The notes: generated by a model from the sequence alone, not told the origin. Shown: positions 13,608 through 25,995, numbered from the whole stretch's first letter. The stretch: 63,891 nucleotides of DNA, filler included, from Octopus bimaculoides (GCF_001194135.2; 7 parts of 7 records of this genome joined end to end with filler, not necessarily neighbours in it); one strand, 5' to 3'. Numbers and translations are program-made.

Positions 13608-13640
<33 letters not shown>
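13305..13640. repeat. Compound trinucleotide microsatellite (GAT/GAC/GGT/GAA/CAT)
   Basis: Directly visible successive tracts. Confidence 0.95.
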
Positions 13641-13642
<2 letters not shown>

Positions 13643-14161
13643 AGACAACAGTAAAAATATCCAAATTGGAAAAAAAGAAATCGGAAGAAAAAGAAGAGAA
13701 ACAATCAGCGTAAAAACAAACAAACAAATTCATTGTACGCAGGCACATCTGAATACGTGTGAGCTTTATATTATATACAACACTAATATAATATACAGAT
13801 AAACAAACAAATACATAAAAAACAGCAGAAATAGTGAAGGTGGCATGGAGGAAAGGAGGNNNNNNNNNNNNNNNNNNNNNNNNNNNNNNNNNNNNNNNNN
13901 NNNNNNNNNNNNNNNNNNNNNNNNNNNNNNNNNNNNNNNNNNNNNNNNNNNNNNNNNNNNNNNNNNNNNNNNNNNNNNNNNNNNNNNNNNNNNNNNNNNN
14001 NNNNNNNNNNNNNNNNNNNNNNNNNNNNNNNNNNNNNNNNNNNNNNNNNNNNNNNNNNNNNNNNNNNNNNNNNNNNNNNNNNNNNNNNNNNNNNNNNNNN
14101 NNNNNNNNNNNNNNNNNNNNNNNNNNNNNNNNNNNNNNNNNNNNNNNNNNNNNNNNNNNNN

Positions 14162-14223
<62 letters not shown>

Positions 14224-14682
14224 TATATGTGTATGTATATATGCGTATAAACAGCATGCAAAATATATATTGTATGCGTGCATGTATATATATATATACA
14301 GGCACACATGTTATATACGTATGTGTATGTTCATACATAGATGCATATATACGCATATATCTTTATATATATATATGCATATATTATGTATACATACATA
14401 CATTCATACATATAAACGTTTATAGACAGAAAGAAGGACATAAGTGTGTATGTATATAATTCTACACGCGTGTTATTCCAAAGTAGGAGTGGTTTTATTT
14501 CACGCTGCGACAGGAAGTGAAAGAAAATTGTTAATTCCAAGGCACCACCACCACCACCACTACTACTACTACTACCACTACCACTACCACTACCACCACT
14601 ACCACCACCACCGTCACTAATACTACTACTACTACTACTACTATCACCACCACCATCACCAATACCACTACTTTTATAGATC

Positions 14683-14743
<61 letters not shown>

Positions 14744-14866
14744 CTTTCTTTTATTAGCCACACAGGGCTGCACACAGAGGGGACAAATACAACTGTAGAG
14801 CTTTTCTTAAAAAAAAAAATTTTTAATTAACAAATCCGATCAAAAGGACGGTAGGGGCAAAAAAAA
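14744..14866 (-). mobile_element. Tx1 second-subfamily 3' tail inserted in (GATA)n
   Basis: tttcttttattagccacacagggct...ggacaaatacaa..tagagcttttctt matches 45363-45424. (TAGA)n lies on both sides (to 14742 and from 14867). Confidence 0.8.
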
Positions 14867-15134
14867 TAGATAGATAGATAGATAGATAGATTCATCTTAT
14901 GGTGGTTGATCTCCGTTGTTCGATGATACTATTACAGCCGTTTAATCATTTGAATTACCTGCCATTTAACTAACATGTAAATGGTTACGTATCTCAAAGA
15001 TTCATCGACGTTAGACGTATGGTTGAGGCCAAATGGAGCGTTGACTCGAAAGCAGTGTGAGAACGCGGTACCATTTGAATTTCACGTAGAATGATCCAAC
15101 TAGACCCCCGACTGATGGGATTTTAAGCAGTTTC

Positions 15135-15250
15135 CAGTTTCTCGGTGTCCTCTTGCAGGGTATGGATGAACACCCAAGTAATAGAACATGGCAGTTGCCC
15201 GAAATACCACGCAGTAGAATCGCAACCAGACCTCGTGGCAGCAAAGCGAA
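15135..15250 (-). mobile_element. SINE family B-related head fragment
   Basis: ttgcccgaaataccacgcagt is the reverse complement of actgcgtggta....gggcaa. Confidence 0.45.
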
Positions 15251-15444
15251 TTCCTGAAATATTCGTCTAAATTAGTCAAACAGAAACTGTGTCACGCGCG
15301 ACTTCCTGAATGGCACGCCTAATGAAAGACTACCGTGAATTTTCTTTTAGTAGTGCGGCCCTGTCTGTTAGATACGACACGCTTCTGGTAAAATGCTGCC
15401 CAAGCCCTTACCTAAGTTGCGCCTAGTTTTTACATGCGTATGCA

Positions 15445-15662
15445 AGGCGGCGGGTTGGCAGAATCGTTACCGAGTCGGCCAAATTAGTTAGCGGCATTTC
15501 GTCCGTCTTTACGTTCTGAGTTCAAATTCAACCGAGGTTGACTTTGCCCTTCATTCTTTCGGGGTTTATAAAATAACAACCAGTTGAGTACAGGGGTCGA
15601 TGCAATCGACTATTCCCCTCGCCTAAAATTTCAGGCTATGTGCTTATAGTAGAAAGGAATAT
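15445..15662 (+). mobile_element. SINE family A
   Basis: ggcggcgggttggcagaatcgtta...gttcaaattc..gaggttgactttgcc...gtagaaaggaatatt. Confidence 0.85.
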
Positions 15663-15840
15663 TATATGCGAGTGCGTGTACTCGTATAAGATTTTAAAAT
15701 TATTTTTTATATTTCTACATTTCTATATATACATACGTGTGCGTGCGTGCGTTATATATACAGTAGAGTAATAACAAGAAATTTCTTGGTACAGTATTCT
15801 TTCAAATATATATATAAATATATACGTGTGTGAGTGTGTG

Positions 15841-15915
<75 letters not shown>

Positions 15916-16255
15916 ATACATAAAAATGTAGAGATACAGTACATTAATTTCGCAAACTTTTGTTCTCCCTGATGAAGCGATAGTTGAAACGCTATGGCCA
16001 GTTTGCAGAGAAACACTGAATACAATGAAAGTACAGTTTCTAACAGTGAGATATCTTTTAATTGTAGTTTGTTTCGTTCGAACTGAACTATCTCTCCATC
16101 TCTNNNNNNNNNNNNNNNNNNNNNNNNNNNNNNNNNNNNNNNNNNNNNNNNNNNNNNNNNNNNNNNNNNNNNNNNNNNNNNNNNNNNNNNNNNNNNNNNN
16201 NNNNNNNNNNNNNNNNNNNNNNNNNNNNNNNNNNNNNNNNNNNNNNNNNNNNNNN

Positions 16256-16298
<43 letters not shown>

Positions 16299-17019
16299 AT
16301 ATATATATGCATATATATATATGTATGTTTATGTATCTATGAATGTATATGTTTGTATGTATGTATATATGTATGTACAGTTATTAGCACCCTAGTCGTA
16401 ATTAGTCGAGGGACCTGATTCTCAAAGCCTATACATTCTTCAATAACACATTTCGCCTTACTTCTTCTCTCCAACCCAAGCTTGTCTTTCCCCCAACTCC
16501 CCTCTAACTCTTCATTCTCACTATCTTCATCTATCATTCCTCGTTCTTTACTTCTCACTCTAAAATGTTGCTCTTCCTCTCTCTCCCTTTCAATTAATAT
16601 ACTTACTCACCGATTCCTTCCTCTCCTATTAATTCCCCATCCCCAGCTGCCTGCCTTCCCCCCACCCTACCTTTACACACTCTGTCTGTCTGTCTCTCCT
16701 AATTATCACCAATTCCATTGTTCAACATAAACCGGAATATCATTTTTTTTTTTATTTATTTACTATACATTCTTATATACAATTTTTGTTTTATTTTACA
16801 ATTTATTTATATATTCTTCACTCATTAATTTTGTTTGTTTGTTAGTTTGATTGATTTTGTATGTTTTTAAAAATATATTTATACCTACCAACCAACAGAC
16901 CCCTCCCCGTATCCTCTTCCCATTCCCAACCCCTTTTTTTTTTACTTTCTTACTCAATGGTCCCTTTGATGTCATCTCACTTAATTACTAATTGTTATTG
17001 TAAGGAGACATGTCCATCT

Positions 17020-17798
17020 TCTTCTTTTTCTTCTTCTTCTTCTTCTTCTTCTTCTTCTTCGTCTTCTTCATCTTCTTCTTCTTCTCCTTCTTCTTCTTCT
17101 ACTTCTTTTTCTTCTTCGTCTTCTGCTTCTTCTTCGTCTTCTTCTTCGTCTTCTTCGTCGTCTTCTTCGTCTTCATCCTCTTCTTCGTCTTCTTCCCCTC
17201 CTCCTCCTCCTCTTCTTCTTCTTCCTCCTCCTCCTCTCCTCCTCCTCTTCTTTTCCTTCTCTCTATTTTTGTCTCCTCTCGTTTTCTCTCTCTCTCTCTC
17301 TCGCTCTCTCCTTCTTTCGCTCTCTCACTCTCTCTCCCTCTCTCCCTCTCAATTTCTCGGATCGCTCAACCGCTGTACGTTTCTCTCCCTTTCTTTGTCT
17401 CTCTATCTATGTCACTCTGTCTGACCCTCTCACTCTCACTCTCACTCTCACTACTCTCTCATTCTCTCACAGTCATTACATTTCCGTCTCTCTTTCACTC
17501 TCTATCTTTCTCTTTCTTCCTCTATCATTCTTCTCATCCATATCTCTCTTTCCCTCGCCCGCTCCTCCCCACACATATACTGTCTATATCTCAGTTCCTG
17601 TCTGACCACCAAACCCTCTCCACTCGTTCTCCAAATACTTCTCACCCTCATTCATTTTTCTTTCAAGTTCTTTCTTACTACCTCCACACTCACCCTTCTT
17701 TCCACCCTCCGTCTCGTCTTTCTTATCTCTGTCACTATCACAAAGAAGGTCTTCTGCCAATATTACAAATACATTACCTCTACTTCATTGTCTCCCCC

Positions 17799-17849
<51 letters not shown>

Positions 17850-17905
17850 ATTCACTCACTCTTTCTCTCATTCCTCCATCCTGTAATATCACTCTTTCGT
17901 TCTTG
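17020..17905. repeat. Long polypyrimidine region ((TCT)n, (CCT)n, (CT)n)
   Basis: Directly visible; the source of several spurious poly-S/poly-F ORFs. Confidence 0.95.
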
Positions 17906-18016
17906 ATACATCCTTCNNNNNNNNNNNNNNNNNNNNNNNNNNNNNNNNNNNNNNNNNNNNTTAATTAATTAANNNNNNNNNNNNNNNNNNNNNNNNNNNN
18001 NNNNNNNNNNNNNNNN

Positions 18017-18647
18017 CCCCCCCCCATTGGAGGGGGAGACAAAGAAAGTCGTGGAGGCGAAAGCCTCCAGAAAAAGAAAGGTGAGCAACGGTGGTTGCTC
18101 ACCAGGTGAAATGCAGGTTGCTGGGGAGGAAGAGGATCTCTTGGGTGTGCCGGGGGAGGCCATAACCTCCGCAACAGGTAAAAAGAAAAAGAAGAAAAAA
18201 AGAAATAGGAGACGGTCGGCGGAAGTCACTGCGCCGCCGATCGAACCCGAGACTCCTCCGGTGGGAAGTGTGCCACCGGAGAAGAAGACTCTGTCAGCGG
18301 GAATTGTGCCGATGACAGAGTGGTGTGACGTCCCTCCCAGTGAGGATCTTGATTTTTACGTTATCATGTACCATGAGGGAGGGACTGTAAATAAGTTCTT
18401 GGACCGCGAATGCAGCCAAGATAGGAACTACTGGGAGTGTGCGAGTAGTTTCACATGGCCTCCGCAGGTGGCTGCGGAGGTTATAAATGAGAACATGATG
18501 ACAAAAGTCATAGAAAAATGTAACCAAAAATATTTCTTCTACCTCGCCACAAATTCAAGCCTAACAATAGATACTTGTTTATCAGGGGCAGCATATCTGC
18601 TTACGGAGGGATGGAGTGTTGAAAATTGTGAATTTTTAATATATTGA
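18017..18647 (+). CDS. Orphan ORF (>=207 aa, open into the gap) with basic NLS-like tract and a C-terminal globular-looking domain; possibly ORF1 of a non-LTR element
   Basis: Uninterrupted, relatively GC-rich ORF in an AT-rich setting: PPPLEGETKK...GKKKKKKKRNRRRS...DLDFYVIMYHEGG...WECASSFTWPPQ. Followed by an A-rich tract near 18715. No family recognised. Confidence 0.5.
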
Positions 18648-19518
18648 AATTGTGTAAAAATTGTAATATTGATCGTGTAAGAGGTTTGCAACCTCATAAG
18701 TGTTTTTTAAAGGAAAAAAAAAAAGAACAATGTTTTCGAGGGGTTATCAGTCGGCGGGCACTGGTGCCTCTCTCATTATTTGTTTCATCCTTATCACCCT
18801 CATCGCATTAATGTTCATGTCCAGCCCGCAGCTACTTTATGTCTGTCTAATCGATTAATCCCTTCCCGAAACTACACACACACACACACACATACACACA
18901 TATATAATCGGTCAGGAGTTCATATCTATGAAAAGAAGCACACGCTAAAACATTAGAGCATTAATACTTTGAAGGCCGTTTGTTATGGCAGGTCAGAGAG
19001 TGACCATTGGTTTCGCACCTATAAAGCACTTTATTGTATAGGTGGATCGGCAGGCTCTTTGGTCGGAGGTACATTACCTCTCTAGCTGAATGGAGAGGAA
19101 TGCGTTATGGTTAGTTAATTTTGTAAACAAAAAATTTCGAAACGAAATTCTATTGACAAAAATCGTGGCCGAGGTGGACTTGACCCAATGAGATCGGTTC
19201 TAGTCATGTTTGAAACGGTTCAGTGTATAGTCGGCTACTTTATCCTCGTCTGTAAACGGGGAATTCCATGTTTTCAACTTGAATTTCCTCTGATGGGGGC
19301 ATCAACTAAACATATCTTTTTTGGAGTTTAAGAAGGCTCTAGATTAAGCGAGTATTTCAGTATTTTTGTTGGTGAAGCATAACGACGCAGAAGTACGTAT
19401 CTAACACTACGACGGCATCCTTCATAGCCCAGTACGATGTGTTTTCACACGTGTCAAAAAATATTTGTACTCTTAGTCATCAAGAACAGGCAGGAGTCTC
19501 TTATAGAGTTTAGAGGAG

Positions 19519-19802
19519 GATAGGCTCTCAAAGTGGGCTCTACCGCTCCGGTGGGCATTGAGAGGGTCCAGGTGGCCGGGTGGGGGGCATTGGGAGGAAG
19601 GCAGTGGATTGGGGACGCTATGAATTTATATTGTTATAGTATTGTATACAAATTATATAATATATTAAATAACAGATGATTCATAGTATATATAAATTAG
19701 TTAAATATAAAATATTTATTTATACATAAAAATAGGGGTGGGGCGCAGAGAATATTATGTGGCCATGAGGAGGCGGTGGCCCCCAAAATTTGGGAACCTC
19801 TG
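19519..19802. mobile_element. hAT/Charlie-like MITE (degenerate)
   Basis: Left end ..ctctcaaagtgggctctaccgc; right end ccaaaatttgggaacctctg (reverse complement cagaggttcccaaa). Confidence 0.45.
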
Positions 19803-19983
19803 GTTTAGAGTTACTGTCTAGTGAATGATGAATGATCAATGCAACGCAGAAGCATTGGTCTACGTGGCAAAAATAGTATCGGGTAACACCAACGTGTAAT
19901 GTCAAGTTCAGTTAATATTATACGATCTTCCTTCTTCTTTTAGTCATCATGTACACAGCTTTTATGCATAAAGAGATGTATGA

Positions 19984-20018
<35 letters not shown>

Positions 20019-20096
20019 TACACCACACCACACAAACACCACACCACACAAACACACACATGTACGTTTGTATGTATTTTTGCATGTATGTATGTA

Positions 20097-20825
20097 TATG
20101 GCTGTGTGATAAAAAGTTTACTTCCCAACTTGATGGTTTCAGGTTCAACCCAACTGCGTGGTACCTTCGGTAAGTATCTTCCACAATATACCCCGGGTAG
20201 ACTAAAGCCTTGTGAAACAGTTTGGTAGAATAAATCCGTTACGTGTATATATATAAAGATATACACACACACACACACACACATATACGCATATATATAT
20301 ATATNNNNNNNNNNNNNNNNNNNNNNNNNNNNNNNNNNNNNNNNNNNNNNNNNNNNNNNNNNNNNNNNNNNNNNNNNNNNNNNNNNNNNNNNNNNNNNNN
20401 NNNNNNNNNNNNNNNNNNNNNNNNNNNNNNNNNNNNNNNNNNNNNNNNNNNNNNNNNNNNNNNNNNNNNNNNNNNNNNNNNNNNNNNNNNNNNNNNNNNN
20501 NNNNNNNNNNNNNNNNNNNNNNNNNNNNNNNNNNNNNNNNNNNNNNNNNNNNNNNNNNNNNNNNNNNNNNNNNNNNNNNNNNNNNGTGTTTGTGTTTGAT
20601 TCCATCACCGCCTGAAAATCAATTGGTTTGATTACGTCCCTGTTACTAACGGTTCGGCAAGAAAATATAGATGGAATAAAAATCAAGTTTAGAAAAAAAG
20701 TACTGGGATCACTTTGTTTTACTAAAAATTTTCAAGGCGCTGCCCCAGCATGGCCGCAGTCTAATGACTAAAACAAGCAAAATATAAAAGATAAAACGAA
20801 AGATAAATGATGAAAGATAAAAGAT
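20097..20825 (+). mobile_element. SINE family B spanning a gap
   Basis: Head tggctgtgtga..ggttcaacccaactgcgtggtacc. The 3' part gcgctgccccagcatggccgcagtc matches the 12891-13175 copy. Confidence 0.75.
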
Positions 20826-21299
20826 ATGTCACATAAAATTATGTTGTTGATTCGTGGTAATAAAACTCTCACTACATCGAAAGTATCTCTCTACTTATAT
20901 CTTAAGTTTGGTAGGATATTTTGGAAATAAAATAAAATAAAACGAAACAAAAAATAAAACAAATATATCTCTCAGATACAGCAAAAGAGTGAAGTAAATT
21001 TCTTTGTTGTAAACATTGTCAAGTAGCTTCTTAGCTACAGTAATTATTCAGTGAATTGGGTGGTTATCCACTATTAAATATGGTAGTTTAGATAACATTA
21101 AACAGATAATTACCAACACCAGAAGCATGTAAACATTGTCGAATATATTAATTCATGGAGTGTCTCCAAACCAATGAGAGTTTGAACAATAACATATCTA
21201 TTCAGTTTTAATACGTTCTGGCAGATTCGAACGTGAATATCTGATCGCTTTTGTTTGTTTATCATCGGAGAACACCTATTCCCTCATACTTTCGGGATG

Positions 21300-21352
21300 G
21301 CTTTGACTGAGGACACACATAACAAGGTCGAAACATCGTGGTATCTCAAAGC
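21300..21352 (+). ncRNA. Decayed type I hammerhead, copy 1
   Basis: Perfect 7-bp stem I (gctttga/tcaaagc), stem II gac/gtc, GAAAC intact. The core reads ctgag (2 nt short). Confidence 0.55.
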
Positions 21353-21783
21353 TCCCTTTCACCGATGAACCAACGAATCGCATGTGTTATAAACACACAT
21401 AATCTAAAGCAGGTATTGACATTCTCTGTCGAAAAGCAGGCCGTATGAGACATGGTTCATCATCAGGTGGGTTGCACTACTGAGAGATATGAAGGTAATT
21501 GTTCGTTAGATCCGCGGAGCATAGTTTGCCCATGATTAGTCTAAAGAGAGAAGACGTTCTCCGGTGGCGAAGAAATCACAGAGATCAGTTATTCGCGCTA
21601 GAATCTGCTAGAACTTATTAAGATTGAATAGATATGTTATAGTTTAGATTCTCACTGTTCTACGTGTGCCCCGTGAGTTATTATCTGTTTGGCAGACATC
21701 AGCATGCATCAGTAAATAATTTGTTGGCTGATTCCTAGAAACAAGAGCTTGTGCACTTGTTTACTCATCAGTCCGGTGGGGTA

Positions 21784-21835
21784 GCTTTAACTGATGAGAC
21801 ATACAACAAAGTTGGAACATCACAATGAGTCAAAG
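21784..21835 (+). ncRNA. Decayed type I hammerhead, copy 2
   Basis: CTGATGA-GAC intact; gtt ggaac is a decayed gtc gaaac. Lies in a direct repeat of copy 1, 484 bp downstream. Confidence 0.55.
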
Positions 21836-22426
21836 ACCCTTTACATTGGTGAACCTGTGAATTGCGTGTATTATGAACGCGCATCGCCTAAAAGGTGGAA
21901 GTGTTATCTTATGACGAACAAACCAAAGCGGTCAGCAATCAACATATCCACGTTTGAATCAGCTAGAAGGTTATTAAGAATGAATAGATGCATTATTGTT
22001 GAAGATAACATTTCAAGGATTAAAAAATCAAATCAAGCAAACGAACAAACAAGGCTGACAACTTGAAATCAAAAGGAAAAGAAAGGAAGGAGCAAAAAAA
22101 CAAAGCAAGACAATTTTCTAGAAAGAAATGACGCACCAGAAAATCACCATGTACTAAAATTGGAATTAGAAAATCCGCTGAATACAGATATGGCTGTCTG
22201 ATCTTTAGTAAACACGATGTCATTGATGAAATTTTGTAATTTATGCGATGATATAGCGATGGAAGAATTTTTTTCTCTGAAAATGGTAAAGGTTATAGTA
22301 GTCGTAGTAGTTAAAGTTAGATTTTAAATTAAAAGATGAAGCTCACTTTTTTCATTTTGGTGTACGTGCCTATCCTCATCTAAAATCATAAATGTTGGGT
22401 AATGACCGAAGCAGTACGGTCGAGAG

Positions 22427-22809
22427 TGTTGTTGGCACTCCGTCGCTTACGACGACGAGGGTTCCAGTTGATCCGATCAACGGAACAGCCTGCTCGTGAA
22501 ATTAACGTGCAAGTGGCTGAGCACTCCACAGACACGTGTACCCTTAACGTAGTTCTCGAGGATATTCAGCGTGACACAGTGTGACAAGGCTGACCCTTTG
22601 AATTACAGGCACAACAGAAACAGGAAGAAAGAGTGAGAGAAAGTTGTGGTGAAAGAGTACAGCAAGGTTCGCCACCATCCCCTGCCGAAGCCTCGTGGAG
22701 CTTTAGGTGTTTTCGCTCAATAAACACTCACAACGCCTGGTCTGGGAATCGAAACCGCGATCCTATGACCGCGAGTCCGCTGCCCTAACCACTGGGCCAT
22801 TGCGCCTCC
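22427..22809 (-). mobile_element. SINE family C, well-preserved tRNA-like head
   Basis: ggaggcgcaatggcccagtggttagggcagcggactcgcggtc...ggtttcgattccc (A and B boxes). 11-bp TSD tac(g/a)gtcgaga at 22415-22425 and 22812-22822. Confidence 0.9.
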
Positions 22810-22829
22810 ACTACAGTCGAGAATACAAG

Positions 22830-23300
22830 CGGTCAAAGTGGGGTTCCTTCGAAAGAACTCTGGGTTAATGTTATTCGACAAGGAACATAGTTCGGAGATC
22901 AGGGAGTCTCTTCATGTTGAGGTACTACTTCTCTGCATTTGGAGGTAACAACTTTAGTGTTACGGACATGTGAACAGAATGTTACAGGAGCGAATTGCAA
23001 GACGGATTCTTCAAGTCGAGCCGACCATTTGGAGACCTTGAGGTAGACCAAGAACGGGATGGCTAGATGATATCCGTAGTCTCAGTTCGTCACGTTTGGG
23101 AATCCAGCCGGAAAGTGTAATGGCCGTTGCCATTATGATAAGACTCCTAAGGACTCTGCCCTTACGACTCTCCCAGGAATATTGAACAGAGAAGATGGAT
23201 AGGCGGATGGAAAATGAAACTCTGTCTTGAGCCTACAGGTCCATTACATCAGGTCTTGTACACGGTTTCCATGGTGTCTAACCAGCTCTTTAAGACGACA
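22830..23300 (+). mobile_element. Degenerate RTE-like LINE 3' end
   Basis: RIARRILQ...RP.GRPRTGWLDDI.SL...LGIQPE motif typical of RTE C-termini; stops present. Confidence 0.5.
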
Positions 23301-23884
23301 GTCCCTAATCTACTGGCAGCACCAACTGTTGCTGGATTAAAGTAACGCGAAATGAAGTACTTTGTTCAAGAATAAAATATGTGGTCTGGTCAGAGAATCG
23401 AACCCGCGCCACGCACCTTCACAGTAGCTGTAGTAAGTAGTAGTAATGGTAGTGGTAGTAGTGTTAGTGATGGTGGTGGAATCAATAGTAGTAGTAGTAG
23501 TAGTAGGGGTGGTGGTGGTGGTGGTAATGTTAGTAGTTGTAGTGGTGGTGGTGGTTTGGTGGTGGTGGTCGTAGTGGTAGTAGATGGTGGTGCGGTTATG
23601 TGCTTGGGGGAGCACAATTTAAGATTAGTAATTACCATTTCTTTTCGCTGAATTATTCCTGATAAAACTAAAATTCCTCCTTCAGTTGTTATGAAAGAAA
23701 AAGAAACGAAAAAGATACTAAGAAGTAAAATATGAAAAGAAAATTATAGAAACATTGACTTTTTGAGAAATTTTGTTTAATGTCCNNNNNNNNNNNNNNN
23801 NNNNNNNNNNNNNNNNNNNNNNNNNNNNNTTAATTAATTAANNNNNNNNNNNNNNNNNNNNNNNNNNNNNNNNNNNNNNNNNNN

Positions 23885-24169
23885 NTGGCGTGTGTTTATA
23901 CCATCTTTTTTCTGTTGCTATTCCATAATGTTGGCATAGCTTCCAGTGTATATAGGTCCCAGCTTTGTCGTGTCTGTGAATATATTCCTTCTTAGCCAGG
24001 ACTGGGCAGCCAGAGATAATATGATTTATTGTTTCTTGTCGATCTCCACATATTCTACAGTTACTTGTTATATTTCTTTTCATTATGTGTTTTTGGTAAT
24101 TTCTGGTGGGGAGGCTTTGGTCTTGTGCAGCAATTAAAAATCCTTCAGTCTCTGCTTTGAGTCCTGAGC

Positions 24170-24170
<1 letters not shown>
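23885..24170 (-). mobile_element. R4/Dong fragment (TAA-associated lineage)
   Basis: GLKAETEGFLIAAQDQSLPTRNY, CRICGDRQETINHIISGCPVLAKKEYIHRHDK. The 5' end abuts (AAT)n at 24173-24225. Confidence 0.9.
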
Positions 24171-24224
<54 letters not shown>

Positions 24225-24235
24225 TTACTATTGAC

Positions 24236-24455
24236 AAGGTGGCAAGCTGGCAGAATTGTTAGCATGCCAGGTGAAATGCATGGCGGCATTTTGTCTGCAG
24301 CTACATTCTGATTTCAAATTCCACCAAGATTGATTTTACCTTTCATTCATTTGGGATCGATAAATTAAGTACCAGTTAAGTACTGGTGTCAATGTAATCA
24401 ACTAGTCCCCTCCCTCAAAATTCCAGGCCTTGTGCCTTTAGTAGAAAGGATTGTT
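24236..24455 (+). mobile_element. SINE family A
   Basis: Same head, core and tail; CpG-decayed; flanked by (ATT)n. Confidence 0.85.
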
Positions 24456-24467
24456 ATTATTATTATT

Positions 24468-24930
24468 GATTTGACTTCGGTTCAGTCTTATTCTTGTTTG
24501 GATTTATGTGGGTAGTGGATTACTACTCATAACATTAGGTAATCACAATCTTTCAATAGTCCTTCAAGTGCTTAAGTCCCTCTTGATAATCTTTCCTGTC
24601 CCCAAGAGGCAAATTCTCTGTAAAAACTCTTTAGGACATTCTATTCCAATCTCCTTTAACAATTTGTTTATATCTTTGCTTACAGTTCCCAATGCACCAA
24701 TTATTATAGGTGCAACCTTTACTATTTTCATATTCCAAATTCTTGCAATTTCAAAATTTAAGGGATTGCTTTTTTTATTATTTTCTTTTTTTTATTTTGT
24801 TTTTTTTTTAAATCTTCTTTTTTTACAATCCTGGAATCAAATGGACATGATGGATCAATTAGCAAGCAACTTTGCATTTCTTTGTCTATTATTATGTCTG
24901 ATCTATTATTTTTTAGTTTCTTGTCCTTGT
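24468..24930 (-). mobile_element. R4/Dong 3' fragment with (AAT)n tail
   Basis: RLE end (RSDIII.DK, EIARIWNMK.VKVAPIIIGALG, CLLGT.KII) followed by a 3' UTR ending in aataataataa. Confidence 0.85.
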
Positions 24931-24984
24931 TTTTTTAAATTTTTTATTTAATTTTTATTTATTTATTAATTATTTTTTTGTCAT

Positions 24985-25075
24985 TTCATTATTAGATGTA
25001 AACCACCACACTTAATCTCTGTCTCTGTATTGTCGCCCTCATCCTTCGCCCTTGTGGCAAATAAATGAAATCATT
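24985..25075 (+). mobile_element. Tx1 3' tail, same subfamily as 36338-37172
   Basis: tgtattgtcgccctcatccttcgcccttgtggcaaataaatgaaat followed by (ATT/ATC)n; matches 37125-37170. Confidence 0.8.
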
Positions 25076-25539
25076 ATTATTATTGTTATCATCATCATCA
25101 TCATCATCATCATCATAGCTGATCTGTGCTTTCAAATTACTCTTCAAAGCTCTGGATTTTAGTAAGTTTAAACTGCATCAACAAGCAATTTCTTGGTGAT
25201 TTTCAGAGAAGGATTTAAAAGTCTGCCCATACAAAATGAAGATGGGAAACTAGTCTGCTGTTAAGGAAGTTTTATTTTATGTCTTCTCGTTTTGTTTTGT
25301 TTTTCTACACATATACACAACATGGGCGTGAGAAAGAAATAGCCATACCTCAAAAGAAAGGGAAAAAAATAACAAAAATAATCACATACAAAACAAAAAG
25401 AAATAAACAAAAAAAACGCTGTAAACACATGTTTCCTAAGTATCAACATTGACATACTGGGCAACAACATCAACTCTTACATGAATACATACACACATGT
25501 GATTTGTCAAGTGCATATAATGACAATAAACTGAGTACA

Positions 25540-25995
25540 GCACAAGTTTCATCTTAGAAGACTTATGAAGCCAAGTGAAATCTAGTTGTAGCCAATGCCT
25601 GTGCTGTCTGAATGGCACCTGTGTTAGTGGCATGTAAAAAGCACCGTTAAAGTGTTGGGCCTCGTGGAAGCAGTGACAGGTGACTGAGACCTTTGGTGAT
25701 ATACCGTTCTTGTATAGACCTGTCAAGCCAAGTGGAATTGTAGTCATGGCTGATGCCGGTGTCATGTCAGTGGCACCTGTACCAATGGCACATAAAAAAC
25801 ACTCTTGGAGTGGATGGTGTTAGGAATAGTGTCCATCCATATAAACTTTGCCAAATCAGACTGGAACCTGATGCAGCTCCTCGGCTTACCAATTTTCAGT
25901 CAAGCCATCCAACTCATGCCAGCATGGAAAGCAGACATTAAATGATGATGATGTTGATGATGATGATGATGTTGATGATGATGATGATGATGATG
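25540..25995 (+). mobile_element. Non-autonomous element with RTE-type 3' end and (GAT)n tail
   Basis: Internal duplicated unit (aagccaagtg.aat...tggcac.taaaaa.cac). The end is ccatccaactcatgccagcatggaaagcagacattaaa(tga)n. Confidence 0.6.

Noticed and set aside
16337-16558. Short minus-strand ORF (..GKDKLGLERRSKAKCVIEECIGFENQVPRLITTR..)
   Set aside because: Purine-rich low-complexity sequence; no recognisable family and no convincing splice sites.
22740-22809. tRNA-like sequence
   Set aside because: It is the head of a SINE with a body and TSD, not a tRNA gene.
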